61,575 nt of DNA from Myxococcota bacterium (GTDB lineage: Bacteria; Myxococcota; XYA12-FULL-58-9; JABJBS01): the NCBI GenBank assembly GCA_036339465.1, contig JAYZAY010000044.1, forward strand, positions 1-61,575, written 5' to 3'. A model generated the notes under the pieces. It made no database searches. It saw only the letters and a list, made by a program, of their open reading frames with translations, and was not told the DNA's origin. The translations under genes and the position numbers were made by a program. Below, one piece after another: positions 48,834 through 58,749 of the stretch; the first letter of the stretch is position 1; the number at the start of each line of letters is the position of its first letter.

Positions 48834-49289
48834 CTAATCGAACCCCTTGAGACGTTTGACGTGCGCATAGGCTCGATTGAGATCTCGCATCATCTTGGAA
48901 TCACCTCCATTACGGTCTGGGTGGTGCAGTAGGGCCAAAGAGCGATAATTTTGCTTAATCGTTCGAGGATCATCGGTCCGTCGAACACCGAGCAATGAAA
49001 AAGAGCGCTCACGCTCCGGCAACAAAAGAAACTCCAATTCGACCACAGCCCTGCGAAAACCACGGAGCATCAATTTTCGTAGGGGCGTGGTTGGCAAGCG
49101 CTCCAATTCCGCTAAACCGTCGTAAAGAGGCTTTAGAATAGAATCCACTTCACCTTCCGAAAGCTGGCCACGAACCCCTAAGGCCGCCAACTTCGTCTCA
49201 GCAAACTCCTTCATGAGTTTTTTAGGGGATTTTACTCCAAACATCGCGATCAGAAGGCTTCCTTTCGTTTTCCCTAGCCCCATACACAA
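48834..49289 (-). CDS. Small protein with C-terminal J-domain
   Basis: LLGV......IKQNYRSLALLHHPDRNGG...M..LN.AY. Confidence 0.8.
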   Translation of the reverse strand: MCMGLGKTKGSLLIAMFGVKSPKKLMKEFAETKLAALGVRGQLSEGEVDSILKPLYDGLAELERLPTTPLRKLMLRGFRRAVVELEFLLLPERERSFSLLGVRRTDDPRTIKQNYRSLALLHHPDRNGGDSKMMRDLNRAYAHVKRLKGFD

Positions 49290-49361
49290 GATATCCTGAA
49301 TCGCCGGTGATACAAGGATAGAAAGGAAAGGAACACAGCTTTTACCGAATCTTTACACCCC

Positions 49362-50543
49362 ATGTTCCAAAAGACTCTTTTAGGAAATTTTATGCCCCAA
49401 AACGACGATACAATCCATCAAACCGCTCCTTTATACCTCACCAATATCGCACACGAAGAAAATCCTGAAATACACAAGAGTCTCAGTGATTTTCTGAAAC
49501 ACCTTGAACTACTTTGGAAGAGGGTAACAAACCACCCAGAAAATCCACTCCATGAAATCTATGGTTATGCAAACCTTCGGAAATCCCTCATTCCATGGTT
49601 TCAAACCCAAGAAACAGAAAAATACGGCCGTGAAAAACAACTTCTTGAAATTTTTCCTGCCGCAAAGCTCATTCACCAAGTCCACGATAAAGCCTTCGCA
49701 CTAAAATTTACACAGTCCCACGTCCTAGAATCGCAAGACCCATTGAGCCACATGGCCAAAATAGTCGACGTAGAGCATTGCCAATCCAAGAAATTGCTTC
49801 AAACCACAGTTTCCAAGCATATTGAGAAATGGCCCAACTGGGCACAAACAAGCTTCACCCTTAAGCCACGCATCGGAACCAGCGGAAGAGGACGCCTACA
49901 AGGACAAGCGGGACGGATCATCTTCCCAAAAAAACTCGACTTCGATATTCTCCGCGCGGAAACCTCAGGTTTTATTCTCGAACCTTGGATAAAACGCGAT
50001 TCCGATTTTAGCACTCAATTCGTTATCGGTCCCGATGATTCTATCAGGGTCTATGCCATTCAGGATCTCATCAACACCCGGGGCGGGATTTATAGAGGTA
50101 ATGCAGGACACACAATCAACGGTTCGATCCAATCTATCCACGACTGGCCTCGGGTTCCACCTAACAGCCTGCGTATAAAGTTCCTCCAAACCCTTCGCAG
50201 TCTGGGATACAAAGGTCCGGGAGGAATCGACAGTTTCACATACCACCTCCAGGACAACCCTAAACAGTTGTATCAAAGAGATGTTGTCGAACTCAATGCA
50301 CGATTTACCGTGGGCTATATTGCCGCGAATCTGGCCAACCAAACCCTCGGAAAAACACCTACCAAACCCTTTTGGCTCTTTCTCTTGAACTTCACCACAA
50401 ACATCGCGAAAAAACTCACACACTATCAGGATCACGTAGAATGCTGTCCCTTCCAAACAGACTTTGGAAAATCCGTGCTTGTGACATCTGAGAATCGAGA
50501 CATAATCACAACAATGATGCGCTTCGCCACCGAATCAAAATGA
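49362..50543 (+). CDS. ATP-grasp-like hypothetical protein
   Basis: LKP..G.SGRG, ILEPW, GPGGID, VELNAR motifs. Confidence 0.65.
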   Translation: MFQKTLLGNFMPQNDDTIHQTAPLYLTNIAHEENPEIHKSLSDFLKHLELLWKRVTNHPENPLHEIYGYANLRKSLIPWFQTQETEKYGREKQLLEIFPAAKLIHQVHDKAFALKFTQSHVLESQDPLSHMAKIVDVEHCQSKKLLQTTVSKHIEKWPNWAQTSFTLKPRIGTSGRGRLQGQAGRIIFPKKLDFDILRAETSGFILEPWIKRDSDFSTQFVIGPDDSIRVYAIQDLINTRGGIYRGNAGHTINGSIQSIHDWPRVPPNSLRIKFLQTLRSLGYKGPGGIDSFTYHLQDNPKQLYQRDVVELNARFTVGYIAANLANQTLGKTPTKPFWLFLLNFTTNIAKKLTHYQDHVECCPFQTDFGKSVLVTSENRDIITTMMRFATESK

Positions 50544-50585
50544 TAGTAACCCAGAAAACACCTACCCAAAAAAACGTGTGCCCCC

Positions 50586-50624
50586 AAAAAAAAGGGGACC
50601 CACCTATTGGTGCATCCCCTTTTT
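50586..50624. terminator. Bidirectional intrinsic terminator
   Basis: A8-GGGGA..CACC-TATT-GGTG..TCCCC-T5 between convergent genes. Confidence 0.8.
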
Positions 50625-50651
50625 CAATCAATCCGTGCGTTATTACCAAGA

Positions 50652-51704
50652 CTAATCGATATTACAAACAGTCTTCAGGAGGATTGCACTTACTTCATAG
50701 GGATCGATATTCGCACAAGGTCGACGGTCCTCTAAATAGCCCTTACCCTCAGCCTGGACATGTGCAGGAATTCGGATAGAGGCCGTTCGGTCACCAACTG
50801 CGTATCTGTATTCTCGGAAACTACAGGTTTCGTGCCGACCTGTTAAACGAGATTCCAAACCATCACCATAAACCTCAAGATGCGCATCAATTCTTTGGCC
50901 AATAGCTTCACACGCTGCTTCGATAACCTTGATTCCGCCCTCTTCTCTCATAGCCTTTGTAGAAAAGTTGGTGTGGGCCCCGGCACCGTTCCAATCACCC
51001 GGAACAGGCTTCGGATCGAGCGTCGCTGTCATGCCGTAATCTTCACCGATTCGGTACAGCAACCAACGGGCCAGCCATAGATGGTCACTCACCCTTAAAG
51101 GATCACCACCGGGACCACCGATCTGGAATTCCCACTGTCCTGGCATGACCTCTGCGTTGATTCCACAAAGTAACAATCCTGCGTGTAGGCAAGCTTCCAT
51201 ATGATCTTCAACCAAATCACGACCAAAAACTTCGTCGGCGCCTACCCCACAATAATAAGGTCCTTGGGGTGCAGGAAAACGCCGCTCACTTGGAAAACCT
51301 AGAGGCGCCGAACCTTTAAAAATTGTATATTCTTGCTCGATACCCATCCAAGCTTCTGCCGCCGCACCACCTGCATCTAGAACGCGCCTCAACCCCGCCC
51401 GAGTGTTGGTGGGGTGCATTTCATTGGTAGCAGGGTTCAATACTTCGCATAACACGAGATAGGCCTCACCACTCCTCGTCGGATCCGGCACAACGCGAAC
51501 TGGGTTCAATTTACAATCGGAAGCCTCACCCTCCGCTTGCCCTGTGGAAGAGCCATCAAATCCCCAATCGGGAAATAGACCTGCTTCAATTTCACCGCTT
51601 TCGGTCGCTTTTAACTCAAGGTCGAGGAGCACCCTTGTTTTTGAACGAAGCTGACGAGTCGGCTCCCCACCATCAAACCAAATGTATTCAGCTATAACTG
51701 TCAT
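50652..51704 (-). CDS. glnII: Glutamine synthetase, type II (eukaryote-like)
   Basis: AEYIW.DG, LRSKTR, W.FDGSST.QA, QGPYYCGVG, GINAEVMPGQWEFQIG, DWNGAGAHTNFST, GYLEDRRP; about 350 aa; AAGGGAG RBS. Confidence 0.92.
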   Translation of the reverse strand: MTVIAEYIWFDGGEPTRQLRSKTRVLLDLELKATESGEIEAGLFPDWGFDGSSTGQAEGEASDCKLNPVRVVPDPTRSGEAYLVLCEVLNPATNEMHPTNTRAGLRRVLDAGGAAAEAWMGIEQEYTIFKGSAPLGFPSERRFPAPQGPYYCGVGADEVFGRDLVEDHMEACLHAGLLLCGINAEVMPGQWEFQIGGPGGDPLRVSDHLWLARWLLYRIGEDYGMTATLDPKPVPGDWNGAGAHTNFSTKAMREEGGIKVIEAACEAIGQRIDAHLEVYGDGLESRLTGRHETCSFREYRYAVGDRTASIRIPAHVQAEGKGYLEDRRPCANIDPYEVSAILLKTVCNID

Positions 51705-51884
51705 TATCATCTCCCTTAATGCTGCATCACGGCGAGAGGCGGTGTCATCACCACGACAATTGAGCGCGTCTATTTCGGGATCCTTCGTTGGCTGCCCCCA
51801 ACCGAACACCTATTCTAATCCACTCAATCGCTCCCAAACCTAGTTTCATACATCGCTGGCTATCACGATTGCTTCGTGAGTCAA

Positions 51885-51916
51885 ACCAAAACAAGACCAA
51901 AACAAGACCAAAACAA
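51885..51916. repeat. 11-bp tandem repeat ACCAAAACAAG, about 3 copies
   Basis: Read directly; upstream of the glutamine synthetase gene. Confidence 0.8.
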
Positions 51917-52154
51917 CCAATCCAAAGTTGAGCTAGACTGCGCTATGAAAGCAATAAGGCAGCAACCTACCCGCTTGTAGGTCAAAACCGATGGGATCTA
52001 CCAATACGTTGTAGAATGCCCATCCTCACGAGCCATGGACACCGCCCCAAAACGAGTCGGCTGAACCAATCAAACCAAACATTGAACAAAGGTTCTTTCG
52101 GAAAATGAAAAACTGAGTTTGCCAATGAATAAAATAACCCGAGCCCTCGAAGAT

Positions 52155-54125
52155 TCACAAGTAACCATCCTCGGCAGAAAAAATCATAAGATGCTGTCCC
52201 TGGGCTACCTGCTCACCGATGGCGACCATGATTTCTTCTAATATACCATCCCTTGAAGCGCGAATCGGATGCTCAATCTTCATGGCCTCAATCACCGCCA
52301 CGACATCCCCTTGGGTTACCTCAGAACCCACGGAAACATTGAGCGCGGCAATGCGACCATCTATGACCGCGCGTATTCGCGACTGGGCACCATCCTCTGG
52401 GCTAATCTTGGGAATCGCTGTCAAGTCAAGGCATTCATAAACTTCCGCTTCAACCTTAATACTCCAGCGCTCTTTATCGGCAAAAGATTGGAATTCAACC
52501 AGTGCGTCATCGAATCGGCAAAGCGTTGTATCCTCTTGATGACAAACAATCGCAAAATTAAAGTGGGAATCACCTATTCGAACATTCCCCTCCCTCCCAC
52601 TAAAACTGAAAGCTACATCAAAAATCTCTTCGTTAATTTTCCAGGAACCGTAGAATTCACGGCTTCCCATACTCGTCCAATCTCCCAATTCAGAGCATGT
52701 ATATCTCTCACCCACCACGAGATACTTTCCGAGGGTCGCCATCAAAGCAACCGTGGACAGACGACGGTCCCGGCGCGCAAAAACATGGTGGCGCTCGGCG
52801 AGAAAGTGAATGTTAAACAAACCATCGATGAAATCAGGGTCCCGAATAATTCTCGCCAGATAGCCCTGATTGGAACCAATGCCGTAGAGTTTCACTCCCT
52901 CTACCGCCTTCAATAAACGCGTTCTAGCAACATTTCGAGTCGGACCCCAGGCAATGATTTTCGCTATCATTGGGTCAAAAAATGACGTAACTCGAGCTTT
53001 CGATTCTATGGCATGGTCATACCGAACGCCCTCTACCATCGGAATGTCCCAATTTGCAATCACTCCTGTCGATGGCAAAAAGTCCTTTTCTGGTTGCTCG
53101 GCATATAGCCGTACCTCGATGGCATGCCCAGAGTACTCTACATCATCCTGCCCCAGTGGCAACGGTTCCCCTTGAGCGATTCGAATCTGCCACTCAACAA
53201 GATCTATACCTGTTATCGCTTCAGTAACCGGATGCTCAACTTGGATCCTAGTATTCATTTCGAGAAAATAGAAATCGTTGTCACTCACCAAGAATTCAAC
53301 CGTCCCGGCTCCGCAATACTCACAGGCTTTCGCTGCATCCACTGCCGCTTTTCCCATCCTTTGCCTAAGTTCATCGGAGACAGCCGGCGACGGAGCTTCC
53401 TCCACCACCTTTTGGTGTCGACGCTGCAAAGAACACTCGCGTTCACCTAAGTAAATCGTATTCCCATAACTATCCGCAAATACCTGAATCTCAATATGAC
53501 GGCCCGTCTCTATGAATTTTTCAAGTAGCAATTCATCCGATCCAAAGCCAACTTTCGCCTCCGATTGCGCGCGTTTAACCCCATCAGCCAGATCACCATC
53601 ATGCTCAATCTTGCGCATCCCGCGCCCACCACCCCCGAATGCCGCTTTCAGCAAGACGGGATAGCCGATATCAGCCGCCGCATCACGAACAACACTCAGA
53701 TCATCAAAGCTTCCCTCATAGCCAGGCACGCAGGGAACAGCCTTGTTTTGAACGCACCGCTTAGCCGATATTTTGCTCCCCATTAAAGCAATGGATTTTG
53801 GAGACGGACCAATCCAAATGAGACCAGCATCACTACAAGCTTGGGAAAATTCAGGATTTTCCGAAAGAAAACCATAACCTGGGTGAATAGAATTCGCACC
53901 TGTTTTTTTAGCGGCATCGATGATTGTTTCAGCCGAAAGATAGATCTCACTTGGCGACATCCCCGATATTTCCAACGCTACATCCGCCTCCCGAGTGAAA
54001 AGAGAGTCGGCTTCCACCGGTGAATACATTGCTACGCTACGGATCCCCATGCTTCTCAAAGTACGAAAAATACGGCGCGCAATCTCACCTCGATTTGCCA
54101 CCAAAACCGATTCGATCCGACTCAT
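52155..54125 (-). CDS. atuF: Acyl-CoA (geranyl-CoA-type) carboxylase, biotin carboxylase/BCCP subunit
   Basis: ANRGEIA, HPGYGFLSEN, GGGGRGM, ERECSLQRRHQK, EMNTRIQVEH, EAMK biotin site; cluster order. Confidence 0.8.
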   Translation of the reverse strand: MSRIESVLVANRGEIARRIFRTLRSMGIRSVAMYSPVEADSLFTREADVALEISGMSPSEIYLSAETIIDAAKKTGANSIHPGYGFLSENPEFSQACSDAGLIWIGPSPKSIALMGSKISAKRCVQNKAVPCVPGYEGSFDDLSVVRDAAADIGYPVLLKAAFGGGGRGMRKIEHDGDLADGVKRAQSEAKVGFGSDELLLEKFIETGRHIEIQVFADSYGNTIYLGERECSLQRRHQKVVEEAPSPAVSDELRQRMGKAAVDAAKACEYCGAGTVEFLVSDNDFYFLEMNTRIQVEHPVTEAITGIDLVEWQIRIAQGEPLPLGQDDVEYSGHAIEVRLYAEQPEKDFLPSTGVIANWDIPMVEGVRYDHAIESKARVTSFFDPMIAKIIAWGPTRNVARTRLLKAVEGVKLYGIGSNQGYLARIIRDPDFIDGLFNIHFLAERHHVFARRDRRLSTVALMATLGKYLVVGERYTCSELGDWTSMGSREFYGSWKINEEIFDVAFSFSGREGNVRIGDSHFNFAIVCHQEDTTLCRFDDALVEFQSFADKERWSIKVEAEVYECLDLTAIPKISPEDGAQSRIRAVIDGRIAALNVSVGSEVTQGDVVAVIEAMKIEHPIRASRDGILEEIMVAIGEQVAQGQHLMIFSAEDGYL

Positions 54126-54126
54126 C

Positions 54127-54954
54127 TCATACCTCCGACCACCGAGGTTGCCTTTTTTCTATAAAGGCCATTGTTCCTTCAAGCCCTTCTGGGCCCGTGA
54201 CCGCAGTGGCAAAATCTTGCGCAGCTTGGTCCAAAACGTCAGATAATGGAAGCGTTTCAATCTTCAATAACAACTCTTTCGTTTTCCGAAGCGCTCCTGG
54301 CGCCGCCAATCGAAGCCTTGTCTTGATTTCCTCAATCCCCGCAACCAATTCTTCATCACAGCGAAAGATTCGATCAACCAAACCCAAATCAAATGATTCA
54401 CGCCCGCTTAGGCGCCGTCCCGTCAAAGATAACGAAGCCGCTCGCGACCTCCCCACTTTCTTTACCATGAATGGCAAGATCTGAGCAGGAATAACACCCA
54501 ATGTAACTTCAGGCATTCCCAATTTAGAATTCTCGTGAGACCACGTGGAATCAGAAGCGATCGCCAATCCTAAACCTCCACCAAGGGCAGTTCCCTCAAC
54601 AATCGTCATCGTAAACACCTTACAATTGGACCACGCTTCGATTAGCGAGCCAAATTTACGATTCAAATCCGCAAAAGCCTTCCTGCCAAGTTCAGCATCA
54701 TCGGACATTTCTCCCCGAGCTCGAGCCATGTCTTGAATGTCTCCGCCAGCGCAAAAATGGCCACCGCCACCTCGGAGAAACAGCGCCCGACACGTAGGAC
54801 TCTCTTCAACACGCCGTAAAACCAGCAAAAGTTCATCCACCATCTCGACACTCATGGCATTTCGAACCTGAGGTCGATTTAATTCAACCTCAATAAATAT
54901 TTTATCATCCACAAAATTGAGCGTGTTAAAATCTGTCATGCTATCCCCAATCAT
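54127..54954 (-). CDS. atuE: Enoyl-CoA hydratase (isohexenylglutaconyl-CoA hydratase-like)
   Basis: LNRP..RNAMS, FCAGGDI, GGG.GL, PE..LG.IPAQI, EG..AF.EKR.P.W. Confidence 0.78.
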   Translation of the reverse strand: MIGDSMTDFNTLNFVDDKIFIEVELNRPQVRNAMSVEMVDELLLVLRRVEESPTCRALFLRGGGGHFCAGGDIQDMARARGEMSDDAELGRKAFADLNRKFGSLIEAWSNCKVFTMTIVEGTALGGGLGLAIASDSTWSHENSKLGMPEVTLGVIPAQILPFMVKKVGRSRAASLSLTGRRLSGRESFDLGLVDRIFRCDEELVAGIEEIKTRLRLAAPGALRKTKELLLKIETLPLSDVLDQAAQDFATAVTGPEGLEGTMAFIEKRQPRWSEV

Positions 54955-54958
54955 CGGC

Positions 54959-56119
54959 CTATTTTTTCTTTGCCCGTGGCAAAATGCCCATCAACTTGCA
55001 CACAATACCAAGCATAATCTCGTCAGCTCCACCACCGATAGAAGTTAGTCGGCTATCCCGATACGATCTGGAAACAATGTTGTCCCACATAAACCCCATA
55101 CCTCCCCAATATTGGAGACAAGCATCCGTAACCTCACGACTCAGCCGACCAGCCTTAAGCTTAGCCATCGAAGCAAACATCGTCACGTCCTCACCATCCA
55201 CATAGTGCTCACAACACCGATAAATAAGAGAACGAAGCATTTCTATTTCGGTTTGAAGTTCCGCCATTCTGAAATGAATTGTTTGGTTATCAATCAACGC
55301 TTGGCCAAAAGTCTTTCGGTCCTTACAATACTCAATGGTGGCATCGATGCATTGCTGAAGTCCATTTAATACACTCGCTGCCGCAAACATCCGTTCCTCT
55401 TGAAACTGAATCATTTGCATAGCAAAACCGAAGCCTTCTTCACCCAACCTATATCGCTTTGGAACTCTCACATCATCAAGAAAAACCTGGGCTGTATCCG
55501 AAGACTTCATTCCCAATTTACGCAACGGTTTCCCCATTGAAATACCTTTGGTCTTCATCGGCACAATAATCAAAGATTTGTTTTGGTGAGGCTTCCCCTC
55601 ACTGGTATTGGCCAAGAGGCACATCCAATCGGCCTGAAGTGAATTTGTAATCCACATCTTGGTCCCATTGATAACATAATCGTCGCCATCCTTGAGGGCG
55701 GTGGTTTTCAAAGCTGCCACATCGGAACCACCCGTGGGTTCACTCACACCAACACAAGCAACCATGTCCCCCTGAATCGCGGGTGTTAGAAATTCTTTGC
55801 GAAGTTCATCGCTACCGAATTTAGCAAGCGCCGGAGTCGACATATCTGTTTGAACGCCGATGGCCATGGGGATTGCCCCACAGTGAATCCGACCTAACTC
55901 CTCAGCGATAGCCATGCTGTAAGAATAATCAAGCCCCATTCCTCCAAACTCTTCCGGCTTACTAACACCAAGAAGGCCTAGATCACCCATTTTCTTAAAG
56001 AGCTCATGTGCGGGAAATATACCTGCTTCCTCCCATTCATCAACGTAGGGATTAATCTCGTTATCAATAAATGTTGCAACGGTTTTTCGAAGCGCATAAT
56101 GCTCTGGCGTAAATTTCAT
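54959..56119 (-). CDS. atuD: Acyl-CoA dehydrogenase (citronellyl-CoA dehydrogenase-like)
   Basis: GVSEP.GGSD, NGTKMWITN, SSDTAQ, QFQEER, CLQYWGGMG, IGGGADEIM. Confidence 0.82.
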   Translation of the reverse strand: MKFTPEHYALRKTVATFIDNEINPYVDEWEEAGIFPAHELFKKMGDLGLLGVSKPEEFGGMGLDYSYSMAIAEELGRIHCGAIPMAIGVQTDMSTPALAKFGSDELRKEFLTPAIQGDMVACVGVSEPTGGSDVAALKTTALKDGDDYVINGTKMWITNSLQADWMCLLANTSEGKPHQNKSLIIVPMKTKGISMGKPLRKLGMKSSDTAQVFLDDVRVPKRYRLGEEGFGFAMQMIQFQEERMFAAASVLNGLQQCIDATIEYCKDRKTFGQALIDNQTIHFRMAELQTEIEMLRSLIYRCCEHYVDGEDVTMFASMAKLKAGRLSREVTDACLQYWGGMGFMWDNIVSRSYRDSRLTSIGGGADEIMLGIVCKLMGILPRAKKK

Positions 56120-56144
56120 CTTTTGTTCTCCTCGTCACGCAAGT

Positions 56145-57755
56145 CTACTGGCGCCCAATTCCAAAAGTGTTCGTTTCGACTGGGCGACTATCCCCCTCTA
56201 AGGTGATGCTTAAGGTAAATCCTAATACCTTTCTTGTATCCCGTGGATCAATAATTCCATCATCCCATAAATGGGCCGTCCCAAAGAGAGCAGTTGATTC
56301 TTCATTGATCTTATCGGCAGTGGATTGTTCAAGAGCATCCAACATCGCCGGGTCCGGCGTCAAACCCACGTTTGCGTGTTTTTGTTCAGCGACAATCCGT
56401 AGCACCTTACCTGCCTGCTCCCCTCCCATGACCGCTGTCTTGCTATTGGGCCAAGTAAATATAAAACGGGGATCCAACCCACGACCACACATAGCATAAT
56501 TACCTGCGCCGTATGAACCACCGATTAGAATTGTAATCTTTGGCACCCGCGCATTGGCCACCGCTTGAATCATTTTGGCACCCTGTTTGATAACACCGCC
56601 TTTTTCCGACCGGGTTCCAACCATGAACCCCGTGGTGTTTTGGAGAAAGACCAGCGGTGTTCCTACCTGGTCACAAAGCTGGATAAATTGAGTCGCCTTA
56701 GCCGCACCCTCGGGGTTTATCGGTCCATTATTCGCCAAAACACCACATGAAAACCCCATAATCTGGGCGAAACCACAAAGAGTTTGATGGTCGTAATCAG
56801 CTTTAAATTCGCTAAACTCTGAACCATCCGTTATTCGAGCAATAATTTCACGCGCATCATAGGGAATTTTGGAATCTGTAGGCACAATCCCCAAAAGGTC
56901 TTCCTGAGAATAACACGGTTGCTCGTATTGATTCGGTATCGGGGCAAAGATTCGCCAGTTCAAATCTTTCAAAACTTGTCGGGCTAGCCGAATCCCATCT
57001 ACATCATCTTCCGCAAGATAATCTCCCGTGCCGACCTCTTCGCAATGAAGCTCCGCCCCCCCTAAGGATTGCTCATCTGTTTCCTCTCCAATTGCAGCCA
57101 AGACCAAGGGAGGTCCCGCTAAAAACATTTTGGCCTTCTTTCTCACCATAATCGTATAATCGGCTAAAGCAGGTTGATAAGCTCCACCGGCTGTCGCATT
57201 ACCGAACACGACCGTTACCTGTGGTATCCCAGCCGCCGACATTCGTGCTTGATTGGCGAACGTCCGGGCTCCATCAATAAAAATATCAGTGGCGTAATTA
57301 AGGTTGGCCCCACCGCTTTCTGCGAGTGAAATAATCGGTAGTTTGTTTTCTCGAGCAATACTTAGTAGGCGCAAAGACTTGTTCAATCCGGCCGGATTGA
57401 TGGTGCCTCCTTTAATTGCGCTATTATTTGCACTGACCAAAACTCGTTTACCCTCAACATACCCAATTCCCGCAATAAGACCTCCGCCGGCATAAGATCC
57501 ATCGCGGTCGTCGTGCATTTTGCGCCCTGCCAAGCTCATCAATTCCAAAAACGGACTCCCTGGGTCCAAAAGCCTAAAGATGCGCTCCCTAGGAAGTAAT
57601 TTTTCCCGACGAATAAATTTCTCGCGAGCTTTCTCTTCGGTATTGTAAATCATCGCCTCGGCCTCCCGAAACTCATTCACCATTTCAAGCATCACCGCTT
57701 GCCGAGACAGGAAATCCGCAGAGTTAGGCATTAACTCCGAAGTAATACGCACCAT
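56145..57755 (-). CDS. atuC: Acyl-CoA carboxylase carboxyltransferase subunit
   Basis: LLPRER, ESGGANL, TAGGAY, AGPPLV, QNTTGFMVG, SYGAGNYAMCGR, DDGIIDP. Confidence 0.82.
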   Translation of the reverse strand: MVRITSELMPNSADFLSRQAVMLEMVNEFREAEAMIYNTEEKAREKFIRREKLLPRERIFRLLDPGSPFLELMSLAGRKMHDDRDGSYAGGGLIAGIGYVEGKRVLVSANNSAIKGGTINPAGLNKSLRLLSIARENKLPIISLAESGGANLNYATDIFIDGARTFANQARMSAAGIPQVTVVFGNATAGGAYQPALADYTIMVRKKAKMFLAGPPLVLAAIGEETDEQSLGGAELHCEEVGTGDYLAEDDVDGIRLARQVLKDLNWRIFAPIPNQYEQPCYSQEDLLGIVPTDSKIPYDAREIIARITDGSEFSEFKADYDHQTLCGFAQIMGFSCGVLANNGPINPEGAAKATQFIQLCDQVGTPLVFLQNTTGFMVGTRSEKGGVIKQGAKMIQAVANARVPKITILIGGSYGAGNYAMCGRGLDPRFIFTWPNSKTAVMGGEQAGKVLRIVAEQKHANVGLTPDPAMLDALEQSTADKINEESTALFGTAHLWDDGIIDPRDTRKVLGFTLSITLEGDSRPVETNTFGIGRQ

Positions 57756-57778
57756 ACTTGGCCTCCTCCTTTAAAGAC

Positions 57779-58651
57779 TTAATCCTTATTTAAGATTTCC
57801 GGTGTTTCGGCTCTATGAAATCCTTGATACTCCGCAACATTCTTGGCAACTGTCTTCCAAGGCCAAACGGCCATATTTCCAACAGATGCGCCTCCATCAA
57901 TTCGTATGGTCGCACCATTTATAAACGAGGCTGCTGGGCTCAAAAGAAAAGAGATCACAGAACTCACTTCGGACTCATTGGCCAGACGTCCAATTGGCAC
58001 TGCATCTTTCAATTTTGGAATGAGTTCCCGGATTGGGCCTTGATAGGTATCCATCCCACTCGAAGCCACCCAGCCCGGCGCTACCGCATTGACCCTCACC
58101 CCAAACGGGCCCCATTCGAAGGCTGCCGTCATTGTAAAATTAGTCATGCCCGCTCGAGCAGCTCCAGAGTGCCCCATGCCAGGCATGCCTCCCCAGTGAT
58201 CCGCGCTCATGTTTACAATAGCCCCCCCCCCATCACACATGGATTGAGAAAAGACCTCCCGCGCCATTAAGAATCCACCCACAAGATTTGTTCGAATGAC
58301 GGTCTCAAATCCCTTTTGATTGATGGTCGCCAAGGGTGCAGGAAATTGTCCCCCCGCGTTATTCACCAAGCCATGAATCTGCCCGTATTCCCCACAAACC
58401 CAACGCACCGCCTCTTGAACTTGCTCTTCCATACGGATGTCACAGACACGTTGCGATGCTTTTCCTCCATCCTCCTCAATTTCATGAAGCACTTTTGCGA
58501 GCTTTTCCTCCTTGCGCCCCATGATAATGACAGTGGCGCCAAGACTCACCAGTTCATGGGCCAAACAACGACCAATCCCGCTGCCTCCCCCTGTAATCAC
58601 AATGGTTTGACCTTCAAACAGGTCCGGCCTCAACACGGAATTGTATCCCAC
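57779..58651 (-). CDS. atuB: SDR oxidoreductase (AtuB-like)
   Basis: TGGGSGIGR, NNAGGQF, HSGAARAG, VNAVAPG; GTG start at 58651 (MGYNSVLRP). Confidence 0.8.
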   Translation of the reverse strand: MGYNSVLRPDLFEGQTIVITGGGSGIGRCLAHELVSLGATVIIMGRKEEKLAKVLHEIEEDGGKASQRVCDIRMEEQVQEAVRWVCGEYGQIHGLVNNAGGQFPAPLATINQKGFETVIRTNLVGGFLMAREVFSQSMCDGGGAIVNMSADHWGGMPGMGHSGAARAGMTNFTMTAAFEWGPFGVRVNAVAPGWVASSGMDTYQGPIRELIPKLKDAVPIGRLANESEVSSVISFLLSPAASFINGATIRIDGGASVGNMAVWPWKTVAKNVAEYQGFHRAETPEILNKD

Positions 58652-58691
58652 TCCAGTCTCCCATTCCTTGTTCCGTCGGAACTCACATGCT

Positions 58692-58713
58692 ATACCAAGC
58701 AAGCGCTTGGTAT
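58692..58713. promoter_or_regulatory. Palindromic TetR (AtuR-like) operator
   Basis: ATACCAAGC-AAGC-GCTTGGTAT, a perfect 9-bp inverted repeat between divergent atuB and the TetR gene. Confidence 0.8.
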
Positions 58714-58749
58714 GTTATTTTAGCGCTTCCTAGGAGAAGTTCAAGGTCC

